This document shows, one piece after another, positions 23,342 to 35,346 of a DNA stretch of 64,000 nt. Below the pieces are notes generated by a model. That model was not told the origin of the DNA. It ran no database searches and was given only the letters and a program-made list of their open reading frames with translations. Every line of letters begins with the position of its first letter. The first letter of the stretch is position 1. This stretch comes from Podospora anserina (lineage: Eukaryota): contig CM030332.1 in the NCBI GenBank assembly GCA_017654855.1, positions 3,906,001-3,970,000 on the forward strand. Direction: 5' to 3'. The translations under genes and the position numbers were made by a program.

Positions 23342-24710
23342 GCTCTGTATTGAAAGTCGAAAGTTGCAGCTTGTGCACACCAGAACTTGGGCCAATTCAC
23401 TACCAAATTCACTGGCAGCAGTCTCATGGGGGGAGCTTCAGAGCTGCGAGCCTGCCGACAGCCGGCAGGCAACGGCAGGCAACGGCAGGCCCCACTCTTG
23501 CTCGGCTGATGTTTGGCCCGAGCACTCTGTGGTGGGGCCCTCTGGCAGAGCTGGCTGCGACCTACAAAAGTTTTGCGGCTCGATCCATTTTGGAATTTTC
23601 CTCTTTTCTTCTTCATGACCCTCTCATTCAATACAAAGTGAGTAGCACCCACCACCACCACCAATTTTTACCGCAAAGATCACCAGCTAACAGTTGTTTC
23701 TCCAGATGATGAAAGCCAGCGTGTTCCACATGATAAAGCTTCCGCTTCTTCAAACTTCCAAACTCCCCCCTCACGGGGCTTAGGTGGTTTGGTTGGGAGA
23801 TGGAGTTGGAATTATGAAATAAGCGTTCGGCACACCGACCTTGTTACTTATCGGACGCAATAACGGCATCTCTGATTACACTGAATGAGAAGGGTTTGAC
23901 TCTGGGGCTTTGTTTCTGGTCGTTTTTGCGACCTTTCGTATCGCTGAAGGCATCCTCGATGGGCATAGGGTTGCATTCACGACGGGGCCAGTCACCAAGT
24001 TAAGGTGCTTGGAGACTCTGCCTGGTGGTGTACTGTCACTTGATGTTTGGAGATGATGCACTCGGCGACAAGTTTGTTGTGAGTAGGTTGGTCGCGGACA
24101 CGAGCGGAACTGTATCTTGAGAATGTTGCCGGGACAAGTGTTCCACATCGTCTTCATGTTCGAATACGCCTGTAGCACTAGTTTACCTGTCAACAATATC
24201 ATGTTTGGATGAATGAACACAAATATAATTGCACATGTCTCGGATACATGAAATCAAGCGGGAACCCGCAAAGGCGGCCCCTCGATTTCCGTCCCGTTGA
24301 CCCATGTCACTGGGAGAGACCCGCCTACCCGACTGCCCATCCACACACGGCAGCACGGCAGGTTCCTTTTGACGTGGGTTTCCCAGTTACAATTGCTGTC
24401 CTGCATTGCAGAGAGTATCAACCTATCAACCTATCAACTTCGCCCGCAGACCGTTCCCAGCTTGCCCGTCTTGCGGCCCCTAATGCACGCTTAGGTCACC
24501 TCACCTCGCCGCCTAGGAACCGTTGACTGTCCGCTGCCCGACCTGCCCCATCTTACCATCATCCCCCAGGCCATCTCCGCTATCACTGGACACCCGCTCC
24601 AAGTCCCTGTCACGAGCCATCACACGCCATCAACACATTGAGCTTGGAGGGCGCTTTTTGCAGCAGCGTAGCCCCGTGCCAGCTCGACGACATCCCCATC
24701 TCCAGCAGCC

Positions 24711-26874
24711 ATGGCGAGCTCCTTTGAAAAGTCCGTCAAGGGCGCGACCAAGATCAAGGTCCGTAGACTCCCCCCCCCCTTGTACCCGCGAGAATTGTCG
24801 GCTTGTTTTTATCGTTGTCCGGGCCTGACCAACTGTATCGCTCACAGGCCGCGCCTCCGAAAACAAAATACATCGAGCACATTCTAGTTGCGACACATTC
24901 GGGCGAGGCGGGCGTGGGCGAGGTATTCCGGGCGCTCCACCACCGGTTGCGCGACTCAACATGGACCGTCGTCTTCAAGAGTTTGATCACTGTCCACCTC
25001 ATGATCCGCGAGGGCTCGGCAGATGTCACCCTGGCGTATCTTGCGAAACACCGGAACATGATTGCTATCAGCATGTTTTCTGATGGTAGGTAGCCCCGGC
25101 CTCCCCAATTCACTCGAGATACCGACGGGTCACTGACAGTCCCTTCGTATACAGCGCAAACTCAGGGGCGAAACATACGACATTACCACAGTTATCTTGC
25201 AGAAAGAGCGCGAGCATATCGAGAAACAAAGGTCGACTGGGTGCGGTCAAAGGATTCGAGGCTGGAGAAACTGTCCATCGACAAGGGTTTGCTTCGGGAG
25301 ACGGAAATTGTTCAGCACCAACTCACGGCCTTGCTGAAATGCGACGTGAGTTTATCGCCTAAAACATCCCTCGACTGTATGCTGACACACAATAGGTGAT
25401 GGAGAATGAGCCTGAAAATGAAATCACCATCACTGTGTTTCGGCTCCTTGTCCTGGACTTGCTGGCTCTTTTCCAAGCCCTGAACCAGGGACTGATCAAC
25501 ATCCTCGGTCACTTCTTCGAGCTGTCCAAGACTGATGCCGAAAGAGCTATGGATATCTACCGGACATTTACCAGGCAGACTGACTACGTTGTACAGTATC
25601 TCAGCACGGCCAGACAGTATGAGCATCACACCAGGGTGGAGGTTCCTAAGCTGAAGCACGCCCCTGTTAATCTCGGGCGCCAGCTCGAGGAGTATCTGAA
25701 GGATCCCGATTTTGAGATTCACCGGAGGCAGTACCTGGCCGAGCTTGAGGCCAAAAAGTCATCCAAGGGCGGGTCATCAGGAGCTTCGAAGTTGCCCAAG
25801 TTTGATGCCTTTGAGACCAAAGCATCATCCAGCACAAGCGCACCTGCTTCTCAGCCAGCCCAGACTTCTCAGGCTGCGGCACCAGCAAAGGGACCCGACG
25901 TCAATCTGATCGACTTCTTTGAGTCCATTGAACAAAACCAGACGACACTGGCTGTCCAAGGCCAGACGCAGCAGGCACAAGCACAGCCTCAGTTACAACA
26001 ACAACAACAACAACAACAAACGCAGATGCAGGTGGGCATGTCTCCTTGGGGCCCTGCCCCATTCCAACCTCAACAACCTCTTCAGCAGCAACAGCAATTT
26101 CCCCAGAACGGATTTGTCGCCTCTCCCGTTCACCAGTTCCAGACGGGTGTTCCCTTCCAACAGCAGGGGCAGCCAGCATTTTCGCCACAGCAAACTGCGC
26201 AGCCAGTACAGCAGGCCTTTACTGGTGTCGGCTTCGGCGGGTTCTCTCCGCAACCCCAGGTTGGCTTCCAGCCCGGTTCTCTCGCCCCGATACAGCAGGA
26301 TACCGTCGCGAATTTCCAGACAGGCACGCCCACTTTCCAAGGAGGCCTTCAGGCGCCTCAACAAAACACCAACCCTTTCCGCCAGTCCATGCTCATGAAC
26401 CAACAACAAACAGGCTCACCCTTTGCGCAGCAGCAACCTGTTCAGGAGGTCGCTTCTCCTCAGCAACGCCCCATGACAAGCCAGTCTACCAACCCCTTTG
26501 CTCGCTCCTCACCGCAAGGGACACAGCCATTTGCTGCACCAACGTCCAACTCACCTTTCCAATCCCAGGCGCCACGGCAGCCCACTCAACAACAAATGCA
26601 GCCCATGCCGACGGGTACGAACCCGTTCGCCAAGAACTTTGGACAGGCTCAGCAAGCGCAACCTACTCAGCAGCAACAGCGACCTGTCACTGCGGGTGGA
26701 ATATTGTCCCAGCCGACGGCGACGAATCCGTTTAGGCAGGGAGCCTTTGTGAATCATCAGACGGGACTGGGGTGGCAGCATAACCAGCAGGCTATTGGGG
26801 GTGGGTTGGATCAGGTTGAGACTGTGCCTGTGTTTCCTAGGCCGGCGGCTCAGACGCCGTGGCAGCAGCAGTGA
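24711..26874 (+). CDS. ANTH-domain clathrin adaptor (AP180/Yap1801-like); introns ~24759-24847, ~25087-25154, ~25346-25395
   Basis: MASSFEKSVKGATKIKAAPPKTKYIEHILVAT, WTVVFKSLITVHLMIREG, clathrin-box-like NLIDFF, four NPF motifs in a Q-rich tail. Confidence 0.93.
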
Positions 26875-27495
26875 GGGAGGGGTGGTTTGTGTGTGATATA
26901 AACTTGTTAGGGAGGCCAGAGAATATGGGGGAGGTTTGGGGCTGCAGAAAGGTTTACTTTTTTTGCTAGGAGGAGCGGCGGCGCTGGGATTCATCCAGCG
27001 TGAGCACAGATAACATTCGTTTGGCAAAGAAGCATTCAAGCGCGGCGTTTGTGAAATAGGCTGTTGACACTTTTTTTTTGGTTGGGGGGGGGGTTTCTTC
27101 CTTAGTCCCCCCCCCCATTGTTGCTTGTTTGTTTTTGGAAGACATGGTGTGGTGGGGGGTTGGTTGAGATGGTATAGGGGGTGTTGTTTTGAGGGGGTAG
27201 TGAGTGGTAGTAGTAAGATTCATTGTATACTTTAATTTTATATCATTTTTGGCATTTGAAACACAGACCTTGAGCTGTTGTATATCCAACATCGTCACGG
27301 TGGGTCAAGATAATAAGACCAAGGAGTCGTCTATTTTGATCATGTCCTTCTTTCCCTGCGTAATATCCTTTTTGTACCTACCTATCTTGTCCCAATATCT
27401 AAAACCTTACCAAGCCTTCCCTCCAAAAACGCCAGCGCTATGCCCATAAATCACACCCAATATCAAACAAATGGCCAATAAAATGATAGCCCCCC

Positions 27496-28632
27496 CTAAT
27501 CCAACTCCATCTTCAACCCCGGCCCATCCCCCCCAACAGCAGCCAGCGCAGCCCCCATGCCCACAACCTCACTCGCCACCAGTCCCACCCCCACGTCTCT
27601 CTCGTCCTCAATAAACACCCCCAACCCAGCAAACGCCTCAAACATGGCCCTAGAGGTGTACTCATCGAAGCTATACCCCCCCGTCACATGCGCCTTGTCC
27701 GACCTGTACTTTTCCACATTCGGATGCGACAGCCCCCCGTGAATCTTGTACCGACTAGGAGTGAGATCCAACCCCCCAAACGGGTCATACGGCCCCTCCG
27801 GCCTCGGCTCCTTCTTCTTTTCTTTGAGCCCCCGGATGGAAAGTTTACCCACTGCGTCCGCTGTTGATGATGACCCAGCGGCGAGGTTGGTAACCGCTTC
27901 AACAGCCTTGTTCCCCCTCCGTTTCAGCTGAACCCGTTGCTGATCCGGGAGGGGTTGTCCCCGTTCCAGACTATCAATCTCCATTTCCTTGATTTTGATC
28001 TTTTCCATCTTTTCCTCTTCCGCCTCCTTTATCGCGTCAAGTCTGCGCTGTCGGGCGGCAGCCTGCTCCGCTGCTAGCCTCCGACGTGACTGCTCATCCT
28101 GTTCCTTGCCTGCGCGCCTATTCCTCTCAATCTCAGTTTTATGCTCTGCCTCCCACTGCTGGAGCTGGGCCTCTGCTTTCCGCTTGGTGGGTTCGTCGCC
28201 GTGGACGAGGTCAAAGGTTAGGTCTTCGACCATTTGGAGGTAGTTGTTGTAGTCACGGAGCGTGTTGAAGTCGTCTTCGACTTGGTTGAAGACTTGGTTC
28301 ACCCTGCGCCGGATGTCGACTTCGCGTTCTACCGAAAGGTCGCCAAAAAAGGGGGAGCGGAAGCCTTTGCGGCGGAGGGTGCGGTGGCAGCCGGCGTAGG
28401 GGCATTGCTGGGGGCCTTCGTTGAAGAGGCGGTTGACGCAGGAGGAGCACATGGAGTGGTAGCATTCGGGGTTGATGAGGAATTCCATGTCGCGGTTGAG
28501 GTAGCGGATTGTTTTGCAGACGGGGCACATGTCGTCGCTGTCGGGTTTGGGGAGGCCGTCGGGGGCGAGGGAGGAGACGGCTGTGACGCCTCCGGGGCGG
28601 GGGGCTGAGGTGGGGGGGCGTTGAGGGGGCAT
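27496..28632 (-). CDS. TFB3: CDK-activating kinase assembly factor MAT1 / TFIIH subunit Tfb3
   Basis: RING DMCPVCKT..INPECYHSMCSSCV..CPYAGC, followed by FGDLSVEREVDIRRRV..YNNYLQMVEDL. Confidence 0.95.
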   Translation of the reverse strand: MPPQRPPTSAPRPGGVTAVSSLAPDGLPKPDSDDMCPVCKTIRYLNRDMEFLINPECYHSMCSSCVNRLFNEGPQQCPYAGCHRTLRRKGFRSPFFGDLSVEREVDIRRRVNQVFNQVEDDFNTLRDYNNYLQMVEDLTFDLVHGDEPTKRKAEAQLQQWEAEHKTEIERNRRAGKEQDEQSRRRLAAEQAAARQRRLDAIKEAEEEKMEKIKIKEMEIDSLERGQPLPDQQRVQLKRRGNKAVEAVTNLAAGSSSTADAVGKLSIRGLKEKKKEPRPEGPYDPFGGLDLTPSRYKIHGGLSHPNVEKYRSDKAHVTGGYSFDEYTSRAMFEAFAGLGVFIEDERDVGVGLVASEVVGMGAALAAVGGDGPGLKMELD

Positions 28633-29050
28633 TTTTTTTTCTTTTTTCTTTTTCTGTCTGGTGTGTTTGAAATGTCCGGTGGACGATAGTTGTTGTTGTG
28701 GTGGTGAGTGGTGGTGCTGGTGGTGAAGTGGGATGTTTGTGGTCGCGAAACCGTTTGCAAAAGGCTACAGTCGGAATTAAGACAAGGCTGAGGTTGGTAA
28801 GCCACCACTTAACGCGAACCACCCCCCTGTAGGATATGTGGGGCCCGCCATGTGGGGTACCTTTCACCTGGGAAGTGCGGGGTCCCCAAGCTTTCCAAAG
28901 AGCTCCCTTTTGCCCCCACCATGAGCTCAGCGGCCAGCCAGTGTTCCATCGCTTTCTATTGTCAGTTTCCAAACTCCCATATCAACAATCCCCCTTTCTC
29001 ACCATTCCCAACTATCACCACCAACAACACTACAGTCAAACCCCTTCAAA

Positions 29051-29667
29051 ATGGCCGACACCGGTACGTGTTAACCCCTTCCCCTCATTCCGCCCATCTA
29101 ACAACCCCGCCTCTAGACGCCACCACCGAAGCCGCCGCGCTCGCCCGCGAAAAAGCCGAACAAGCCTCCCTCCCCTACACCTGGACCCAAACCCTCCCCG
29201 ACCTAACCCTCACCTTCCCCATCCCCGCCTCCCTCAAGGCCCGCGACCTCTCCATCTCCCTCACCAAAACCACCATTTCCGCCGGCATAAAAGGTCAAAC
29301 CCCCATCGTCTCGGGTCAATTCCCCCACCCCATCCACGTCGACGACTCCACCTGGACAATCACAACATCCCCAGACAACAGCTCCAAAACAGTCGAGATC
29401 CTCCTCGACAAGGTTAACAAGCAAGAGTGGTGGGCTCACGTTGTCACCACCGCCCCCAAGATCGACGTCACAAAGATTGTTCCCGATAACTCCAAACTCT
29501 CAGACCTGGACGGGGAGACGAGGGGTCTGGTGGAGAAAATGATGTATGACCAGCGGCAGAAAGAACAAGGGCTGCCGACGAGTGACGAGCAAAAGAAGAT
29601 GGAGATTCTCAAAAAGTTTCAGGAGCAGCATCCTGAGATGGATTTTAGTAATGCCAAGATTCAATAA
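29051..29667 (+). CDS. nudC: nuclear distribution protein NudC (CS domain co-chaperone); short first exon, intron ~29064-29117
   Basis: [64 protein letters not shown]. Confidence 0.95.
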
Positions 29668-30211
29668 GAAGGGGAATGTTACCAAAACCAATGTTGGAAG
29701 GGGTGAGTGACATCACGAATTTTATGAAATAATTTTATACAATGGGAGGTTCAATTGAGTTCTATTTTGGTCATGAAAATTCATGAAAGCTGGCTGGAGA
29801 TCATATTTTACCTCTGCTGCTGAAAGTTTTCGAATACGGTCAATATGGGATCAAGATTGGGGGGGAAAAAATGTGAGGAGTGAAACGAATCGCTCAAGAC
29901 AGCTGATTTTCAAGTCACCAAAGAAGCAACTGGTCAAGGCGTCAGAGAGCTCCTCTTGATCTGATCTTGGAATCGCTAGTAATGATAAGCAGATTGAAGA
30001 TGCTGCAAACCATCAATTGTCAGATTGAAAGCGTTCCGTGGAAGATAGGTGGTCACTGCAAAGAGTTATGTCATGCCAGAAAGGGATGGAAAACCGTGAT
30101 ACACCATACATATCACAGGAAAAAAAAAACGGAAAAAACAAACCAAAAAAAAGAGAAAAAAATGAGATGCAATAGTTCGATTTCTAAACCATCGACCCTA
30201 TGGCCTCACCA

Positions 30212-31992
30212 TTACTGTATCTTGTTCAACCTCGCCTGCTTAAACCTGCTCAGCTTCTTCGGCCCGTCATTATTCGCAATCAACCCGTCCTCATTCAGCG
30301 GCGGGTCCTCAATAAACCCTCCCTGCTTTTGGATCAGCTGGTTCCTCATGCGGTTATACTCCACCGCAGCGGCTTGATACAACATCGCCTCGTCCATGTC
30401 ATCTGGTTCGGCGGCTGTAGCGGGGGTGGGTCTCTCGACAACGGTGGGAGCAATGGTTGTATCCTCTGGCGGTGTCGGCTCGGGTGGCGGTGCGGCAGCT
30501 TTATGGATAAACGTTGCAGGCAGCTGGTGTGGCCCTGGTGGGAGGCCACCGGTGGCGCGCTCTTTCTTGAAGCGCGAGACACGCTTGGGTGGTTCCTCTG
30601 GTTCGTCGTCTTGCATGGTCAAATCTGTGACCTTTTCCACAATGTCGACGACGGGATTGATACTGGGGGCTGCCGGTGCATCTGGCCGGGTGGTGGTGGT
30701 AGTAGGAGCAATATCCAGCTCTATCGCAAAGCTGACGCTCTTCTCCTCCTTGGGTGCTTTCGCCTTCTCCTTGGGAGTCTTCGTCGTTGCCTTGGGTGCC
30801 GATTCCTTGACGACCGAGATCCTCCCCATACCCTCATCAGGTACCGTTCGTTCTTGCTGAACAGGAGCGCTAAACGCAGATTTCACTCCGAGTTTCTTTT
30901 CGAGCTCCTGCATGCGTTGGATGTAGTCAGAAGACAAAACGCTGTGCTTGGATCTCCCCAAATCGTCCTCGTCATCGTCTTCCTCATCATCATCCATATC
31001 CCAGTCCTCGTCATCACTAAACTCGCCCTCTTCCAAGGTGAGTTCAGCGACTACAGGACCGATTTCCGACATGCTATACTCGAGCATCTCCCGCCGCAGC
31101 TTGGCATCCTCCTCCGGCTCATCCTCCGGAACAACAGCCTTGGACATATCCATGGCCTGCGACTCCTGAGCAATCTTGATGACGTGCTCCAATTGCTGCT
31201 GCGCAAACGTCTTCTCCAACCTTTCCCCTTCCGCATGTCCAAGCTTCGTACCCTCAGCAAAGGTAACCGTCTTTTTGGCGACCATCGACTCCCCATTGGC
31301 CACCACCTCCTTCGGTTCACCCTTTCGCTCGACAGCCTTTGGCGTGGCCTTCTTCTTCTCTTGCTCCTTCTTCTCCTTCCCCTCCTCAACCCCCCTCTCA
31401 ACCTCCCCCCTCGCCCTCCCCCCCTCCTCCTCCGTCTCCGCCAACATCCCCCCCGCCTTCTCAAAAACCTCCATCAACCTCCCCGCCGCCTCCCCCCCCC
31501 ACTCCGCACCCCCGCATCAACCACATTTCCCTCCTCATCCAACCACTCAACAATATCCATAATCGGCAACCCACTCTCCTCATCCCTCGGCACATCCGGG
31601 CTCGCCACCACCTCCGCCGCCGCCAGTCGATTCTCCTCCTGCTCCAGCATTTTGCCCACAGTATTGATGTTCCCCTCTACGTAATCAATCCTGTGAGTCA
31701 ACAAGCTGAGCATTTGATCCACCTCTCGAAAATCAGTCTTTCCCATTATCTCGTTGATTTCCTTTTGGGTGAGGACCTTGCCCGAGAAGTCGCGGCGGAT
31801 GCGGCGGAGGGATTCAACTGGGGTGGGGGTGGTCGAGGGGAGGAGGGAGATTTCTTCTTTGAGGGACGAGTATTCGAGGTACCATTGCTGCCAGTGGGAG
31901 AGGGAGGCGCGGAGTTGGGTGACTTTTTGGGTGAGGGTGGTTATGTGGGTGGAGAGGGTGGTGAGGTGGTCTTTTGGTGGTTGGGATGACAT
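30212..31992 (-). CDS. Bud27/URI-like unconventional prefoldin; reading frame broken at a G9 run (31492-31500)
   Basis: N-terminal prefoldin-like LRASLSHWQQWYLEYSSLKEEI..RIDYVEGNI..EESGLPIMDIVEWLDEEGNVV; C-terminal acidic region, KRVSRFKKER and KKLSRFKQARL; the halves are in different frames with no intron signals. Confidence 0.75.
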
Positions 31993-32469
31993 GGTGGGCG
32001 GCGTGGTTTGTTGTCGTCGTGTTGGTTGACTAACGACAGATTTTATGCATGTTGAAGGTTGGGAGGAAAATGAACGGGGCAAATTTTGGAAGGGTTTGGA
32101 ATTTGACGTCGAAAGGTTACCGAAAAAAACGGTTCAGACAATCTGCGACGGGGTGGACACTGTGTTGAACACTGTGTGTGGGGTCTGACCCCCTGTGACG
32201 GAACTTGGGACGACCAGGCATTGGGAACAAGTAAGCCAGCCAGGTAACTAATTAATTAAAGTGAAATATTCAACTCACAGTGTATTCCCACCGCCAAACC
32301 CAAACTAATAATTACAGTTACATGAGAGCAAAACTATGTATGCCGATATGCTCCGCTCGCTACCTATGCAAAGATTTTGTTCCTTATCCATCCTTTCTTC
32401 TCTCCCATCCAAAAAAGATCAAGTCAAAAACTCTCTATCAATACACACCACCCCATCCCCTAATGCCTC

Positions 32470-35346
32470 CTAATACCCCTGCCTACTATACTGACTGGGC
32501 GCATACCCATTCGCCGGCCTATCAATCCTCCTCCCGTCCAAAAACTTGGGGTTGTTCTGCGCCTGTCCCGCATACGGATCGTTCCCCATCTGCTCCCGCC
32601 TCCTCTGCTCAAAAGCCGCCCTCTCCTCCTCGTCCAGACTGAACGCCTTCTTTAACCACCCAAACGCGCTCCTCTTCTTCTTCAGCCCCGCTCCCCCCTT
32701 CGAGTTGGCTGTTTCGGTCGTCATTGTTGTCCCGTTGCTCATCACTGACATGCCCATCGCGGATGGGATATTCCTTGAGGGGATCGGCGGGTGCGGGAAG
32801 TTGAACTGCTGCACTCCGCCGACGGTACCGGAGGTGTGTGGGCGTTGCTGGAGAGGGGAGTAAGGGTTTGCTTGGACGGGACGGAAAAACTGCCTGTCTG
32901 AGTGCGGGGAAGGGATGAGGCCCGGGGCGATGAAGGATGGCGGCGGAGAAAAGTCGGCTAGGGAGGAGGAGATGGAGGTTATGGAGTTTACGGGAGGACG
33001 TTCCATGTCCGAGCCGGAGCCGTAGGCTGAATCTGGGGCTTGGAAGGTTTGGTAGCTGTTTTGTTGCTGGAGGTGGTTGTGGTAGGCCACTCGGGCGGAG
33101 GTTGAGTAGTTTTGGTGTTGCTGAACGGCATGGTGGTGGGTGTCAGGTGGGGGCACGTGGATGGACCCTGGGGGGTTCATCTTCAGGGAGATGCGATCCC
33201 GGAGAGAGGTGCGGTTGTTGTTTGTGGGGTACATATCCACCTCAAGATCTGCGTCTGGAACAACCTCTGGTGCGTTCCCTGGGTCACGAAGAGATTCCGT
33301 TCGCATGGAATCGGATCCGAGAGAATCCGTCCCGAAAGAATCCGTCCTCCTGGTAGAGGTTGTTTGGAAGGAGTCGGTTCTGGTGGAAGATGGCCTCGGC
33401 TCATATCTAGAGTCGGGGAGAACATCTCGCTTGGGGGCCGCCGCTCGATTCCTCGCTCCAATCTCGACAACCTTTGGGCCTCGCACTTCAATCACCTTGG
33501 GCTTGGGGATTTCGACCACCTTCGGCCTCGGGTTCTCCACGATCCTTGCTCGGGGAGATTCAACAATCTGGGCCCTGGACGTCTGTGGCCTGTGGGTTTG
33601 CTCACGGGGCTTGGGAGAGGCAGTCCCTGGCTTAGGGATCGAGTCGGCCGGTGAGGGAAAGTCGAGCTTGGCACTAGGGACATTCTCTCTTGGCTTGGGA
33701 CGCTCAGCAACGATCCTGGGCGAAGGCTGGGGGGATGGTCGTGGGGAAGGACGAGGTGATGGTCGCGGTGATGGCTGAGGGGTGTAAACTGTGGGCTGTA
33801 AGAGATACAGAGTGCTCTCCTCAGCTCGGTTTTCCTCCTCCTTGTGCACTTCCAATTTTGGAGCCTCGAGCAGAACATTGGGTCGTTCAGAAAGCCGTCG
33901 AGGATTTCGAGCAGGCGGTGGCGGCGACTCGGGAGGTGATTCGGCTGGTGCTTGCGGTTGCGGTGATGGTTTTGGTCGCGGTGGTTGTGCTCGTGTAGGT
34001 GGCTGATAAACTGCAGAGGTTAAAAGTTGCGGGGGTGATTGAGGGGGCGGTGATGATGACTGGGGTAGTGATTTGGGAGGCGACAGCGGAGTATCTTTGG
34101 TCTCTGTTTCCTCCTGAATGGTCGGCACAGGTGCTTGCGGGGGAGTGGCCGGCCGTTCCTCCGGGGCAGGCTCAGGTTCTTCGGGTAGCGAAAAGTTCAA
34201 GAATGACGACGGTCTAGATGCTGTAAGCGCATTGATCGTGCTCAGGCGTAAAGACAACCGGGGAGGCGAGTTGGGGATCTTCCTCGGTGGTGATGTCGGG
34301 GGCGTTGTGATAGTTGTGGCAGACGCATCTGATGGCTTGGGACTGTGCTTCGGAGATGTGTAAGTGGCAGCACTCAGCTGCTGCGACCTGACTCTGCGGC
34401 TGACCTCGCCAGCTCTCCGGTCCATCTCCGAGACCATGCCAGCCAGTCTCACCACCAACGCGTTCAGTGAACTACCCTTGTGCTGCAAATCCATAAAGGC
34501 GTTGAACCAGCCATCTGTGTTGCCCTTCATAGCATCGAAGATGTCAATGACATCAGGGCGCTCCTGTCGCCATGGCCCGTGGTGCTGCTCGGCCAAATAA
34601 ATGGTAAAATCTCTGGTCGCCGCAAGACCTTCAGCCAGGTCTTGCGTGGTTTGCTTGAGAGCAATCTGAGTGCGTGCCAGGATATGCTCAATCTTTTCGT
34701 TGCCCTCCAAAATGGTCATCCGGTAGTTCTGATCCTCCAGCATGCGTTCAAACACATCAATATTGTCCATGGGCAACCGCAGGTGCTCAATCCTGAGCTT
34801 CACGTCTTTCATGGCCAGATCCATATCCTCTAGTGTCGTTTCCAGAAACTCGTCCACCTCGTCGATGTGCCCTTGCAAGATGGAGACAACCAGAATCTGG
34901 CTGTTGGCCATGCCGTTGAGCAGTAAATAGACACCAAAAGAGATCTGGGCCATCAACCGCCGAAGCTCGTGTGCCTGTTGTCCAGGTCGAAACCGCCACA
35001 ACGCTGCTGGGTGAGGGTCAGAGTGCTCACCATCGAGCAGCTCCTCACGACGAGCTTTGGCATCGCCAGTCCTCAGCTTGGGCTTCCCCGAGTTTTCACC
35101 TTCGGTGGCCTCGACCAGAGACTCGGCAAAGGCATCCTGCATGGAAGGGATCGGATGCTGTGGTGCTGATGATGCTGCGGACGAAGACGGCACCGGGGGT
35201 CCCGGCCGCGGCTTTTCCTCGGGTCTCCCTCGTGAATCCAGCTTGAGATCTGACCCCATGTCCCTGATGTCGTCGTCATCGGCGATTAACATTATTGGTA
35301 GCTGCACATCGGATATCCGCGATGATGGGTGGCGTGGGAAGGCCAT
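32470..35346 (-). CDS. fungal hypothetical protein with N-terminal helical/coiled-coil domain and Pro/Ser-rich tail; start uncertain (35346 or 35259)
   Basis: Open frame of more than 900 codons; HELRRLMAQISFGVYLLL..HIDEVDEFLE..LRLP, PSPR repeats, C-terminal KKKRSAFGWLKKAFSLDEEER. Confidence 0.8.
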   Translation of the reverse strand: MAFPRHPSSRISDVQLPIMLIADDDDIRDMGSDLKLDSRGRPEEKPRPGPPVPSSSAASSAPQHPIPSMQDAFAESLVEATEGENSGKPKLRTGDAKARREELLDGEHSDPHPAALWRFRPGQQAHELRRLMAQISFGVYLLLNGMANSQILVVSILQGHIDEVDEFLETTLEDMDLAMKDVKLRIEHLRLPMDNIDVFERMLEDQNYRMTILEGNEKIEHILARTQIALKQTTQDLAEGLAATRDFTIYLAEQHHGPWRQERPDVIDIFDAMKGNTDGWFNAFMDLQHKGSSLNALVVRLAGMVSEMDRRAGEVSRRVRSQQLSAATYTSPKHSPKPSDASATTITTPPTSPPRKIPNSPPRLSLRLSTINALTASRPSSFLNFSLPEEPEPAPEERPATPPQAPVPTIQEETETKDTPLSPPKSLPQSSSPPPQSPPQLLTSAVYQPPTRAQPPRPKPSPQPQAPAESPPESPPPPARNPRRLSERPNVLLEAPKLEVHKEEENRAEESTLYLLQPTVYTPQPSPRPSPRPSPRPSPQPSPRIVAERPKPRENVPSAKLDFPSPADSIPKPGTASPKPREQTHRPQTSRAQIVESPRARIVENPRPKVVEIPKPKVIEVRGPKVVEIGARNRAAAPKRDVLPDSRYEPRPSSTRTDSFQTTSTRRTDSFGTDSLGSDSMRTESLRDPGNAPEVVPDADLEVDMYPTNNNRTSLRDRISLKMNPPGSIHVPPPDTHHHAVQQHQNYSTSARVAYHNHLQQQNSYQTFQAPDSAYGSGSDMERPPVNSITSISSSLADFSPPPSFIAPGLIPSPHSDRQFFRPVQANPYSPLQQRPHTSGTVGGVQQFNFPHPPIPSRNIPSAMGMSVMSNGTTMTTETANSKGGAGLKKKRSAFGWLKKAFSLDEEERAAFEQRRREQMGNDPYAGQAQNNPKFLDGRRIDRPANGYAPSQYSRQGY

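Noticed and set aside
30200-31684. 494-aa + strand ORF opposite the Bud27-like gene
   Set aside because: Leu/Arg-rich antisense shadow of an acidic, Lys-rich protein.
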